Virus record (IMG/VR): IMGVR_UViG_3300008952_000030
Span: 12,426 to 76,425 of that record
Length of the DNA stretch: 64,000 bases
Reading direction: 5' to 3' (one strand)
Source: a virus
Below the pieces are notes generated by a model. The model saw nothing but the letters and a program-made list of their open reading frames with translations. It was not told the origin of the DNA and searched no databases. A program made the position numbers and the translations under genes. This document shows, one piece after another, positions 34,995 through 43,757 of the stretch (position 1 is its first letter; every line of letters starts with the position of its first letter).

Positions 34995-35270
34995 TTATCC
35001 AAATTTGGATAGTATAACAGCACCGATAGTGCCGGCGAAGCTTGTAAACATTATCCACATCATTCTTGCAGAAGTAGACTTCCAAGCCTCTAGTTCTCTC
35101 AAACGGGCATACAACCCTTCGTCTGGATGGTACACCGCGTTCTTAATTTCCGCTATGTCTACATGCATTTCGTTCTGCTTCTCACGTGAGGCGCCTATAT
35201 CATTCACCAACTGATTCAGCTTTAGATCTAGTCGGGCTTCAAATTCTTTGCTGCAATTCTCTATTGACAT
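34995..35270 (-). CDS. coiled-coil protein with C-terminal TM helix (holin/XhlA-like)
   Basis: GLYARLRELEAW followed by a TM helix; ACTAATTA at 35302. Confidence 0.55.
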   Translation of the reverse strand: MSIENCSKEFEARLDLKLNQLVNDIGASREKQNEMHVDIAEIKNAVYHPDEGLYARLRELEAWKSTSARMMWIMFTSFAGTIGAVILSKFG

Positions 35271-35304
35271 GGAATATCCTCCTACCAGGAATGAGACAGA
35301 ATAA

Positions 35305-36882
35305 TTAGTCTCCCATTTCTATAATAGCGTGGTTAGTTGTCAAAAGAGTGCCTGCTACTGACGCTGCATTGCGCAGAGCGCTCCTTGTCACCTTAACAGG
35401 ATCGATGATTCCTACTTCAAACATGTCAACCAATTCGCCGGTTGCAAAGTTGATGCCCGTTCCGGCTGAAGCCTCTGTGATTGCGCTTAGTGTCTCTTCT
35501 ACATCCATCCCACAGTTAGTAGCCATTTGGCGGATGGGCTCCTCCAGAGCGCGGCGTATAATAGAAACGCCCGCTTCTTGATGCTCATTGTCGGTATTTA
35601 CTTTAAGCTCTGTCGAAGTTCTCAACAAGGCAGTGCCTCCACCTGAAATAACTCCCTCAAGCTGAGCTGAGCGCACTGCCTCTAGAGCATCCTCAATACG
35701 GTGCTTCTTTTCTATCATTTCAATCTCGGTTGCTGCTCCAACACGAATAACTGCGACGCCGGAAGCCAAACGAGTAACTCTATCCTGCACTCTCTCCGCT
35801 TGATGCAGAGAGTCAGTTTGCTCAACCTCCGCCTTAAGGGCGTCGATTCTATTCTCAACCTCGTCCAAGTCTCCTGCTCCGCCGACAACGGTTGTCAGCC
35901 CCTTCTCAATCTCGATTGTCTTCGAAGAGCCGAAGTCAGTCAACTTAGCCTCCTTAAGCTTGTCTCCGGCTGAGCGTCGAAAATACTTAGCACCAACTGA
36001 TATCGCCAAGTCACTCATGATACCTCTTCTTTCTTCTCCGTATCTAGGTGCCTTAACTGCCGCCACCTTCATCGTCCCTCTCATGGAGTTCATAATCAAT
36101 GCCGCAAGAGCTTGCCCCTCAATGTCATCGGCTACAATAACAAACGGACGACTCTCGCGGGCAGCAATCTCTAGCGCTGGTAAAATCTGATCAACAGTTT
36201 CAATCTTTTCATCAGTAACTAAGAAAACAGGATCCTCATAGCGCACAACTCCACGCCTGTCATCGGTGATAAAAGCTGTAGCTGCATAGCCAGAGTCAAA
36301 CCTGAAGCCCTCCATCAAGTCAAGACTTGTATCTACCGAGCGCGCTTCCTCAATAGTGATGGAGCCGTCCTTCCCAACCTTGTCGACAGCCAAAGCAACC
36401 AAGTTTCCAATGTCTTCGTCTCCATTAGCAGAAATAGTAGCAATGTGAGCAACGTCATCAGCGCTCTGAATCGGGCGCGCAGCATTAAGAAGCAACTTAT
36501 TTACTTCCACAACTGCTTTGTCGATGCCTCTCTTTACTTCGATGGGAGCTGAAGAGTCTGCGTTCATCCTGTCGGAGGCTGCGTTGAAGATGGCGCGAGC
36601 TAACACTGTAGAGGTGGTTGTACCATCCCCAGCGTCGACATTAGTCTTTGCTGCTGCCTGCTTAACAACCTGTGCACCAGCATTCATGAACTCATCTTCA
36701 AATTCAATGAACTTGGCTACAGTGACTCCATCCTTGGTGATGATGGGGCGCTTACCCTTTTCATGAATAATTACATTTCTACCCCTAGGGCCCAATGTTG
36801 AAGCAACGTTGTCGGCTAAGACATTAACTCCATCAAGTATTTTTTGTCGGAGGCAAGCTCCAGATGCGAATTTTTTAGACAT
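35305..36882 (-). CDS. groEL: chaperonin GroEL
   Basis: TLGPRGRNV, TKDGVTVA, GDGTTT, GIIDPVKV. Confidence 0.97.
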   Translation of the reverse strand: MSKKFASGACLRQKILDGVNVLADNVASTLGPRGRNVIIHEKGKRPIITKDGVTVAKFIEFEDEFMNAGAQVVKQAAAKTNVDAGDGTTTSTVLARAIFNAASDRMNADSSAPIEVKRGIDKAVVEVNKLLLNAARPIQSADDVAHIATISANGDEDIGNLVALAVDKVGKDGSITIEEARSVDTSLDLMEGFRFDSGYAATAFITDDRRGVVRYEDPVFLVTDEKIETVDQILPALEIAARESRPFVIVADDIEGQALAALIMNSMRGTMKVAAVKAPRYGEERRGIMSDLAISVGAKYFRRSAGDKLKEAKLTDFGSSKTIEIEKGLTTVVGGAGDLDEVENRIDALKAEVEQTDSLHQAERVQDRVTRLASGVAVIRVGAATEIEMIEKKHRIEDALEAVRSAQLEGVISGGGTALLRTSTELKVNTDNEHQEAGVSIIRRALEEPIRQMATNCGMDVEETLSAITEASAGTGINFATGELVDMFEVGIIDPVKVTRSALRNAASVAGTLLTTNHAIIEMGD

Positions 36883-36957
36883 GTTTTCCTCTCGTTAGTT
36901 GTTTAAAACGATATATTATATTATAAACACATTTTAGTGTATTGTAAAGGGGATTCG

Positions 36958-37980
36958 TTATTTATTTTGAACTTTTTCTGCAGACTTCTTTGTCTTTTCT
37001 GCTTTCTTTGCTGTTTTGCCGGCAAGCTTCTTAGTCTTTTTCGGTTCTGTCGTAACATACAATAGATCAGTCACCTGCGAGTTTAAATCACTCAAAGTTG
37101 TCAGTAAATTTTCAAACTTCGCGTTTAGGGCATCAAGTATTGCTTGGGTTTTCCTCTCTATTCCTGAAAACCTAAGAGTTGTAAGCTTCCTTACTTCCCT
37201 TTCTGTTTTCAACTTTTTAAGGGAGACACTGAACTGTGTCTTATAAACTGGTAGCAAGCCCCAATAGTTGGGGGACGCTTCATCATTATCGATATCGAAT
37301 TCGTAAAACTCGATTGCGTCTCCAAGCTTGTCGGCAACAATGTACCGTATGCCCGAAGGGTATGTTTGAAGGGCTAATTGCAGCTTGTCTAAAGAGCCCT
37401 TTATGTTTGTCCTCCTGCTCTTTATCAACTTTAAAGAAACCGGAGTGCCGGGGAAAGCGACGTCTACCACACCATTCTCTCTATCATCCGTTGGAATTCT
37501 CACGCCTCCGAACACCATTGCCATGAGAGACTCGAACAAGAAGCCGGATATAGACTCGTCTGGAGCTACCGAAAGATTATAAAATATCCTTAACAACTGA
37601 ATTCTAGATATTGCTGCAGCGTGATCTGATACATCCACTCTCCTTTCAGAGAGTATGCTGTTAATTCCTGTTATGAAGCCTTCTAGGTTCGTTATGTCTC
37701 GCGGAAGGCGGGCGCCCTCTATGGCTTTCACCAGCTTTTCGCGCTCAGCGTCGTAGTTGCCTTCGTTAACAGACATCCAACTAGGATCAATACGAAAGTC
37801 AGGTATTAGTAGGCAAACCTCGTTTTGTGAATCGGAGGCGGGGGTATCCTCAGAGGACTCAGACACCGCAGGAGCAGCAGTTAGGGTCCGTTCGACAAGC
37901 TCCAGCAGGCTTTCCATATCAAAAGCCTGCTTTTGCTTTTTTGCTTTATTAATTATCTCATCCACTCTAGACATGTGCAC
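36958..37980 (-). CDS. putative late protein with a PD-(D/E)xK-like nuclease core
   Basis: GFLFESLMA...VVDV...VSLKL; ACTAATTA at 37992. Confidence 0.55.
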   Translation of the reverse strand: MHMSRVDEIINKAKKQKQAFDMESLLELVERTLTAAPAVSESSEDTPASDSQNEVCLLIPDFRIDPSWMSVNEGNYDAEREKLVKAIEGARLPRDITNLEGFITGINSILSERRVDVSDHAAAISRIQLLRIFYNLSVAPDESISGFLFESLMAMVFGGVRIPTDDRENGVVDVAFPGTPVSLKLIKSRRTNIKGSLDKLQLALQTYPSGIRYIVADKLGDAIEFYEFDIDNDEASPNYWGLLPVYKTQFSVSLKKLKTEREVRKLTTLRFSGIERKTQAILDALNAKFENLLTTLSDLNSQVTDLLYVTTEPKKTKKLAGKTAKKAEKTKKSAEKVQNK

Positions 37981-38004
37981 ACCTCAATACATAATTAGTT
38001 CCAT

Positions 38005-38703
38005 TTAAACAATAATGTCAGCAATTCCCAGCTCGACAGCTTGCTCTGCAGACAAATAAACATCAATGTGTTTTTTGAGGTACTTCTTAATTTCTCTCTC
38101 TGTCATATTTGATTCGGCAGCAAGACACTCAACGTATCTCTCTTGGATCCACCTAACTTCTTCAATTTCATTTTCCATGTTTGTGAGATTGCCATGGTAT
38201 CCACCATTGACACTATGTATCATAACTCTGCAATTTGCACCTATCTTTCTTTTCCCCTTCGTCCCTGCAGCTAGCAGCACAACACCGGCAGACATTACCT
38301 TCCCCATTCCAATCGTGCTGATATCACAAGATTGTTTCACCATTCCCATAGTGTCATAGATGGCGAACATTTCCGCCGCGACGCCACCATGAGATGAAAT
38401 AAGAAATTCAATAGGTTTGCACTCTTGCTCTTCACCGTCGGCATGAAGGCGTCGGGACAATTCCTTAAGGAACATAAACGACTGCACAATGTCAGAAGCA
38501 TTATCCTCAGTCAAATCTCCATACAAAGAGATGCTCCTAATCAAGCTCGAGCCATCGCTTTGCGGCTGCTCAATATTGTTGATAATGATAAATCTCTCTT
38601 CGGCGTCAAGAAGTCCCTCGTTCGGATTTTCGAGGATAACTTCCTGCTCTTCTACCAGCTCTTCCTCTACTTTCTTCTTACCCTTGTTTTTTTCTTTTGG
38701 CAT
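38005..38703 (-). CDS. clpP: ClpP protease subunit
   Basis: ISSHGG, MSAG (Ser), MIHS (His), DVYLSAEQAVELGIAD. Confidence 0.9.
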   Translation of the reverse strand: MPKEKNKGKKKVEEELVEEQEVILENPNEGLLDAEERFIIINNIEQPQSDGSSLIRSISLYGDLTEDNASDIVQSFMFLKELSRRLHADGEEQECKPIEFLISSHGGVAAEMFAIYDTMGMVKQSCDISTIGMGKVMSAGVVLLAAGTKGKRKIGANCRVMIHSVNGGYHGNLTNMENEIEEVRWIQERYVECLAAESNMTEREIKKYLKKHIDVYLSAEQAVELGIADIIV

Positions 38704-38974
38704 TGATAATCCTTTCCTTGCCAGTTTTTGATATTTCTGATAAACTAAATGATAATCCGTTCGCGAATTCCTTCAGAGATTCCTTGTCCTTGAAGTCCCT
38801 CTGCAAAAGCACGATTTTTTTATTGTGTGTAGGATCATAGCCACTACCTGATTCCTTGCCACCGACTTCTTTGATTGCTCGCTTGAGGAGCCTCTGACTA
38901 TCGGAAACCAACTGGAACACATAAGTGTCGCTTTCTTTGCTAACCTTCCACGTGACTGCTTTAATTTCTGGCAT
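38678..38974 (-). CDS. hypothetical protein
   Basis: GGAGG SD. Confidence 0.6.
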   Translation of the reverse strand: MPEIKAVTWKVSKESDTYVFQLVSDSQRLLKRAIKEVGGKESGSGYDPTHNKKIVLLQRDFKDKESLKEFANGLSFSLSEISKTGKERIINAKRKKQG

Positions 38975-38987
38975 CTTCTGTCCTCCT

Positions 38988-39368
38988 TTATTTTCTTTTC
39001 CTATCTCTCTTTCTTCCATACTGTACCGCTTCGTCCCACGTCGTATAATTTACATACCTATAGAACGTCTCCGGTAGAGAGACTATCACATTTGCAATGA
39101 CTGCGTCTCTCCACTTAACAATTATCTCTGAGTCGAGTAATTTACGCTTTTTTATTTCTTCTGGCGATACTCCTGACTCTTCCAAATATTTGTATTTTTT
39201 CTCTAGCGCTACTCGCATGTCGGTGTCCAGTGCCATCAGCATGTCTAGCATTCCGTCCTCTAGTTTCCTGTAGGCGCTGGAAGCATAGCCCAGGTTTAAA
39301 CAATAAGATATAAATTTGTGCGATAAAACGCCCGCAAAAAAAAGCCCAGCTGCAATCCATAAATCCAT
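38988..39368 (-). CDS. hypothetical protein with N-terminal TM helix
   Basis: Promoter TTGACA-16-TATAAT at 39375-39402. Confidence 0.6.
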   Translation of the reverse strand: MDLWIAAGLFFAGVLSHKFISYCLNLGYASSAYRKLEDGMLDMLMALDTDMRVALEKKYKYLEESGVSPEEIKKRKLLDSEIIVKWRDAVIANVIVSLPETFYRYVNYTTWDEAVQYGRKRDRKRK

Positions 39369-39403
39369 AACTAAATTATACCAGTTTTAAAACATTTGTC
39401 AAT

Positions 39404-39444
39404 AAAAAAACCCCCTTTTCTGTTTTTAAAGAAAAGAGGGGTTT
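39404..39444 (-). terminator. intrinsic terminator
   Basis: CCCCTCTTTTCT.../...AGAAAAGGGGG stem followed by T7. Confidence 0.75.
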
Positions 39445-39464
39445 GTAAGAAGCTGCCACAAGTA

Positions 39465-40070
39465 CTACTTTTTTGAAGTATTTATACTCTCTCGTAGTAT
39501 TCTTTTGGTAACACGCTTCAAAATCTCATTCACCATGTTGTCGAAATCTTCGTTAGTCACAACGTCGAGATCCTCTAGAAGCTCATCGTCGTCGGCAAGC
39601 TCGTCACCGGGCATTTCTGCCTCTGGTGGGACTTCGCCCATCTCCATCTCAGCTTCGAGTGGCTCATCCTCCGCTCCAAGCTCCTCCTCTCCAGCACCGG
39701 CAGCGCGGAGTCTATCCCCTAGAGCTACGAGGATTTCTGCTTCCTCTTCGCTAAGAGACATCTCGCCCTCTTCCTCTGGTGCGTCAAGAGCAGGCTCATC
39801 ATCAAGAGCAGGCTCATCATCAAGAGCAGGCTCATCATCAAGAGCAGGTTCACCGTCAAGCTCATCTTCTCCGGCTGGTTCCAACTCCTCCTCGTCTCGG
39901 GCGTACGCAGGTGCGCCCATCTCGTTGATCTCTTCCTCTTCAGTGACTGTCTCGTCGATATCGGTGTCTTCTTCTGACTCCTTTATAAACTTGCTACCAC
40001 CAATGGTATCGAGGGAAGCCAACTTCATAAATCTACGAATAGTTGCCTCCGAGAGTAGTTTCTTGCTCAT
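39465..40070 (-). CDS. very acidic scaffold/prohead-core-like late protein
   Basis: LLSEATIRRFMKLA...MVNEILKRVTKRILRE; ACTATTTA at 40133; own terminator. Confidence 0.65.
   Translation of the reverse strand: MSKKLLSEATIRRFMKLASLDTIGGSKFIKESEEDTDIDETVTEEEEINEMGAPAYARDEEELEPAGEDELDGEPALDDEPALDDEPALDDEPALDAPEEEGEMSLSEEEAEILVALGDRLRAAGAGEEELGAEDEPLEAEMEMGEVPPEAEMPGDELADDDELLEDLDVVTNEDFDNMVNEILKRVTKRILRESINTSKK
39784..39848. repeat. 18-bp tandem repeat (3.6 units) encoding DDEPAL
   Basis: tcaagagcaggctcatca x3 plus 11 bp. Confidence 0.9.
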
Positions 40071-40157
40071 AATGACTTTCTCCTTTGTTTAGTTCTTTTT
40101 AATTGCAATTAAAGAAACAAATTTTCTTACAGTAAATAGTTTTCACATTGACAAAAG

Positions 40158-40406
40158 TCAGGTTTTTTTAATACACAATTCTCTTCCTCTCTTTCGCACC
40201 TTTTCTAACGCCTGTTGTTCTATTTGCCTGATTCTCACAAAACTAACTCCCAGTCTTTCCCCTACTTGCTCTAGTGTCATTTCGCCGTGCTTATAGACAG
40301 CTATTAAAGAACAATTAAAATCCTCTTCGAAGTCCATCCACATCCTGCACTCAGTCTGATCACACGCATAATTTCTTTCCATACACTCTCGAGAACATTG
40401 CTTCAT
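40158..40406 (-). CDS. sigma70 region-4 HTH protein with Cys-rich N-terminus
   Basis: MTLEQVGERLGVSFVRIRQIEQQALEKVR; 5 N-terminal Cys. Confidence 0.8.
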   Translation of the reverse strand: MKQCSRECMERNYACDQTECRMWMDFEEDFNCSLIAVYKHGEMTLEQVGERLGVSFVRIRQIEQQALEKVRKRGRELCIKKT

Positions 40407-40744
40407 TTAATTAACTCCTTCGCTATCATGTCAAACAACTCATCCTTTTCTTCGCTTGAGAGGGAGTAGTCTTCAAGAAGCTCCCTCCCTTTGTCTAATA
40501 ACTTTTTTGTCTTCATAATTCTTCTCTTGCCTTGTTTCGCCAATTCAAATTTAATAGAAGTTATATACTCTAGTATTCTTTCATCGTTGTTCAGATAGCC
40601 AGACACCATGCTCTGAAAGAACTCTGTCTGCGTCAACCCATCGTGACGGAGGCGTATTCTCAAATCAGCATGTCTCTTGTCATCGTCGATAAAAACTATC
40701 GTCTTACCCTCTTTGCCATATTTATATGCTTTCTTATCTGACAT
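40403..40744 (-). CDS. ribbon-helix-helix-like DNA-binding protein
   Basis: IVFIDDDKRHADLRIRL...TQTEFF. Confidence 0.5.
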   Translation of the reverse strand: MSDKKAYKYGKEGKTIVFIDDDKRHADLRIRLRHDGLTQTEFFQSMVSGYLNNDERILEYITSIKFELAKQGKRRIMKTKKLLDKGRELLEDYSLSSEEKDELFDMIAKELIK

Positions 40745-41798
40745 TAAGAATATGAGTTCCGCTTTCTCTTTGAGAGCCCGATGTCTGCAATACAAACCTT
40801 CCGTTGTCTCTCAGCTCTTGTGCGTTACGGGCGCCACTATATGAAAAGCCGCTTCGAATATTCTGATGAATATCCTCGAGAATCGGCTTCACACTGCCTT
40901 TGTACGGTATAGTGGTAGCTACCCCCTCAAGCGAGCTAGCAGTGCCTCTCCAAGCCTCCTGAGCCTCTCTAGACGCCATTCCTCTGTACGCTTTATATGA
41001 CTTGCCTGCTCCGTTGGTGAACACAGTCCCTGGTGCTTCGGCTGTGCCTGCCAGCATCGAACCCAATATAACAAAATCTGCGCCAGCGGCTATAGCCTTC
41101 ACAATATCTCCAGAGGATCGAATTCCCCCATCTGCGATGATGGGCTTTGGATCAAAGTTATACCTTTCGGATGAATGAAACGGAGAAATTGCAGCAGTAC
41201 GTGCCATGTTGCATGCCATGATTGACTGAAATGTACTTAGTCCGTGCCCAGTCTGTATTCTCGTAGAACAGATGCTACCTCCTCCAATACCGACGCGGAC
41301 GGCGTCAGCACCCCAACGGCACAAATCAGCATACCCATCGTCTGTCGCAATATTACCTGCGATGATAGTTACCGTGTCGCCGAAAGCATCCTTAAGAGTT
41401 TTTAGGGCTCTCTCTACGTTCGTATGGTGCCCATGAGCAACATCGATGCATATAATATTTGCACCTGCACTGATAAGTTCTCTCGCTCTGATTTCGAAAT
41501 CAACAGTGACACCAACCGCTGCGGCGATGCTCGTTGCCCCAAACTGCCTGGCAGCCTTCACAATCTTAGCTTGCTCCGCAACATAATTATATCTATGCAA
41601 AATACCGAAGCCTCCTGCAGTTGCAAGAGCCGACATCATATCCAGCTCAGTCACGGTGTCCATCGGACTTGAAATAACTGGTAAACTAAAACTTGTACCG
41701 TTCAACTCCGCACTTGTATCTATCTCTTTTCTACTCTCGATGTCACTCTTTTGAGGCACCAAGAGAACGTCGTCGAACGACAAAGTCTCACTAAACAT
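40734..41798 (-). CDS. IMP dehydrogenase / GMP reductase family protein (no CBS domains)
   Basis: [48 protein letters not shown]. Confidence 0.92.
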   Translation of the reverse strand: MFSETLSFDDVLLVPQKSDIESRKEIDTSAELNGTSFSLPVISSPMDTVTELDMMSALATAGGFGILHRYNYVAEQAKIVKAARQFGATSIAAAVGVTVDFEIRARELISAGANIICIDVAHGHHTNVERALKTLKDAFGDTVTIIAGNIATDDGYADLCRWGADAVRVGIGGGSICSTRIQTGHGLSTFQSIMACNMARTAAISPFHSSERYNFDPKPIIADGGIRSSGDIVKAIAAGADFVILGSMLAGTAEAPGTVFTNGAGKSYKAYRGMASREAQEAWRGTASSLEGVATTIPYKGSVKPILEDIHQNIRSGFSYSGARNAQELRDNGRFVLQTSGSQRESGTHILNVR

Positions 41799-42066
41799 CT
41801 TTGTTCTTCAAATCCTTTTCTATGTCTTTAACCATCTCTACCGCGCCGTCCCAGCAGGGAGGACAATAAAGATTAACTTTCTTTTGCTTCTTTCGAACTA
41901 CTATCCGCCAGGTTGATAGTTGATCCGGGTTCGTCCTATCGAACGGTGACAGACAAGCATTACATTCTTCTGGTATCTTGTCTACCATCATGTCTATGCC
42001 GTCTTCAAACGCCTTTTGCTCTTCGCGCTTTTGCTTTCGTTTAAATTTCCTCTCGAACGAGCCCAT
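41791..42066 (-). CDS. zinc-finger hypothetical protein
   Basis: CNAC...CPPC. Confidence 0.65.
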   Translation of the reverse strand: MGSFERKFKRKQKREEQKAFEDGIDMMVDKIPEECNACLSPFDRTNPDQLSTWRIVVRKKQKKVNLYCPPCWDGAVEMVKDIEKDLKNKDV

Positions 42067-42515
42067 CAGAAATCACCCGTCGAACCAAGAGCGCCTGAGC
42101 CTCTTGTTGTCGTTGCGCCGTAAACATCATCATTCTGAATCTCTTCGAACTCTGGGGTTACGACTGGCACTAGCACTGCTTGTGCCACCTTCTCGCCTGG
42201 TAGAATGGTTTGTGGTGCTCCTCCAATGTTGTGAAGGTTCACAAACACTTCCCCATCGTATCCGCTGTCGACAACACATGCTCCCACTACCAGCGAGCGC
42301 TTAAATGCCACCCCTGATTTGTTCTTAATCTCCAGCATGTATCCCTCTGGTACCCCAACCTTTAATCCAGTCGAAATAAGCCTACTCTCATTCTGTTCGA
42401 TTGTGAGCGGCTCCTCTACTTCTGGACAGTAAAACACGTCTGCCCCTGCGTCTGTCGTGTGCGCTCTCGCTGGGAGCTTTGCATTCTCTCTAACTTTGTA
42501 AACTTTAAGTTTCAT
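42066..42515 (-). CDS. dut: trimeric dUTPase
   Basis: DAGAD, KSG, VDSGYDGE, AQAV, RGSGALGSTG. Confidence 0.95.
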   Translation of the reverse strand: MKLKVYKVRENAKLPARAHTTDAGADVFYCPEVEEPLTIEQNESRLISTGLKVGVPEGYMLEIKNKSGVAFKRSLVVGACVVDSGYDGEVFVNLHNIGGAPQTILPGEKVAQAVLVPVVTPEFEEIQNDDVYGATTTRGSGALGSTGDF

Positions 42516-43707
42516 TTAAAATCCTCTCCCTGTCTGAAATTTCTCTTACTGTATATGGAGTTCCAATCTCCTCCTTGATACCTTCAGCTAAGCATTGCCC
42601 CACGAATAAGAGATTGTATTTTACTGGCTTTGATTTATCCACGTTTCGGTAATCCATGATGTAGATTAATTTGTCAGCGAGTTTTTTCCTCATATCGAAA
42701 AGCTTCTTAAGAGTTCCAGCGTCTTTAATGGCTATTAATACATCGTATTCGTCTGCGTCAAAGTGGTATTTATTATAATGATCTGCCAGATCCTTATCGA
42801 TCTCGGTGAGGGGCTGCCGATAGGCGGATTCGTACTTGATGTTAATCCACTTAACTAGGTGGTGAGCCCCTAGAGACTTTTTATGATTTTCTGCAATCTC
42901 TTTGAGTGCCTCTTCTTCGTATGTGTGAATCTTCGTTTTCACATGCACAACATTCAAATCACTCAACGCTCTAGTGATGTTCTGTTTTGCTCGTTTTTCA
43001 TTCCACCTACCTCCAGTCCAGGCTTGAAGGCTGGGGAGTGCCTGTTCCGTGAGGAGTGCCTTAAGCCTCCTTTCCTCCGACTTTAACCTCGAGCGATCTG
43101 CAGCTGGCGTTGCCGGATTATCTAATTTAACCCCAATAGCTATTAGCTTTTTCGCAACGGGGTGATTCCGGATGTAAGTTTTCAAGTTATCTTTTATGTC
43201 GTCATCACTGCTCGGCATTCCATTTTCAGGATGTGCGTTGTCCTTCATCATGCGGCTTGTTTGCTCATGCTTAGGCAGACTACGGTACTCCGTGTCCAAT
43301 TCAGCCACAATATATTTACACTCTGCAGCGATCGCAGCTTTCCACCTATGGTGGCCACATATTCCAACAAAAGAAGTCTTGTGTATTTCTGGGCTAATTA
43401 CGACAATTGGCTTCCTGATTCCATACAACCTTTTTCCTTTGGTAGATACCCCATTTTTCGCTTGTTCAGCGTACCGAGTTACCGTGTCATGATTGAGGTT
43501 TTGGCCACGAGGCTGTGCTGTCATGTTCGTATAGTCAAACTCTACATCACCAATCGGCAAAGCCAGCAAGTTTTTATTGTCTTCAAATTCATCGGGGGTA
43601 AAGCTTGTGTGCTCTTCGCATGCCGCCTCAATAAATTCTGGTGTGCGGTATTTGTCGTAATATTCACCTAATTGTTCAAAGGCTTTTATGTTTTGTGTTT
43701 TACTCAT
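42505..43707 (-). CDS. ParB/Srx N-terminal domain protein
   Basis: AQPR...KPIVV...ICGHHRWKAA...DNAH. Confidence 0.65.
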   Translation of the reverse strand: MSKTQNIKAFEQLGEYYDKYRTPEFIEAACEEHTSFTPDEFEDNKNLLALPIGDVEFDYTNMTAQPRGQNLNHDTVTRYAEQAKNGVSTKGKRLYGIRKPIVVISPEIHKTSFVGICGHHRWKAAIAAECKYIVAELDTEYRSLPKHEQTSRMMKDNAHPENGMPSSDDDIKDNLKTYIRNHPVAKKLIAIGVKLDNPATPAADRSRLKSEERRLKALLTEQALPSLQAWTGGRWNEKRAKQNITRALSDLNVVHVKTKIHTYEEEALKEIAENHKKSLGAHHLVKWINIKYESAYRQPLTEIDKDLADHYNKYHFDADEYDVLIAIKDAGTLKKLFDMRKKLADKLIYIMDYRNVDKSKPVKYNLLFVGQCLAEGIKEEIGTPYTVREISDRERILNET

Positions 43708-43757
43708 TGTTTTTCTCTTTTCAAATATTTGTTTAGTTTTTCTGTTTTGTGTTTTAT

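Noticed and set aside
43684-43756. 19-bp near-duplicate (one mismatch) at the start of the ParB-like gene as a target-site duplication
   Set aside because: It is low-complexity T-rich sequence, and both copies lie on the same side of the gene.
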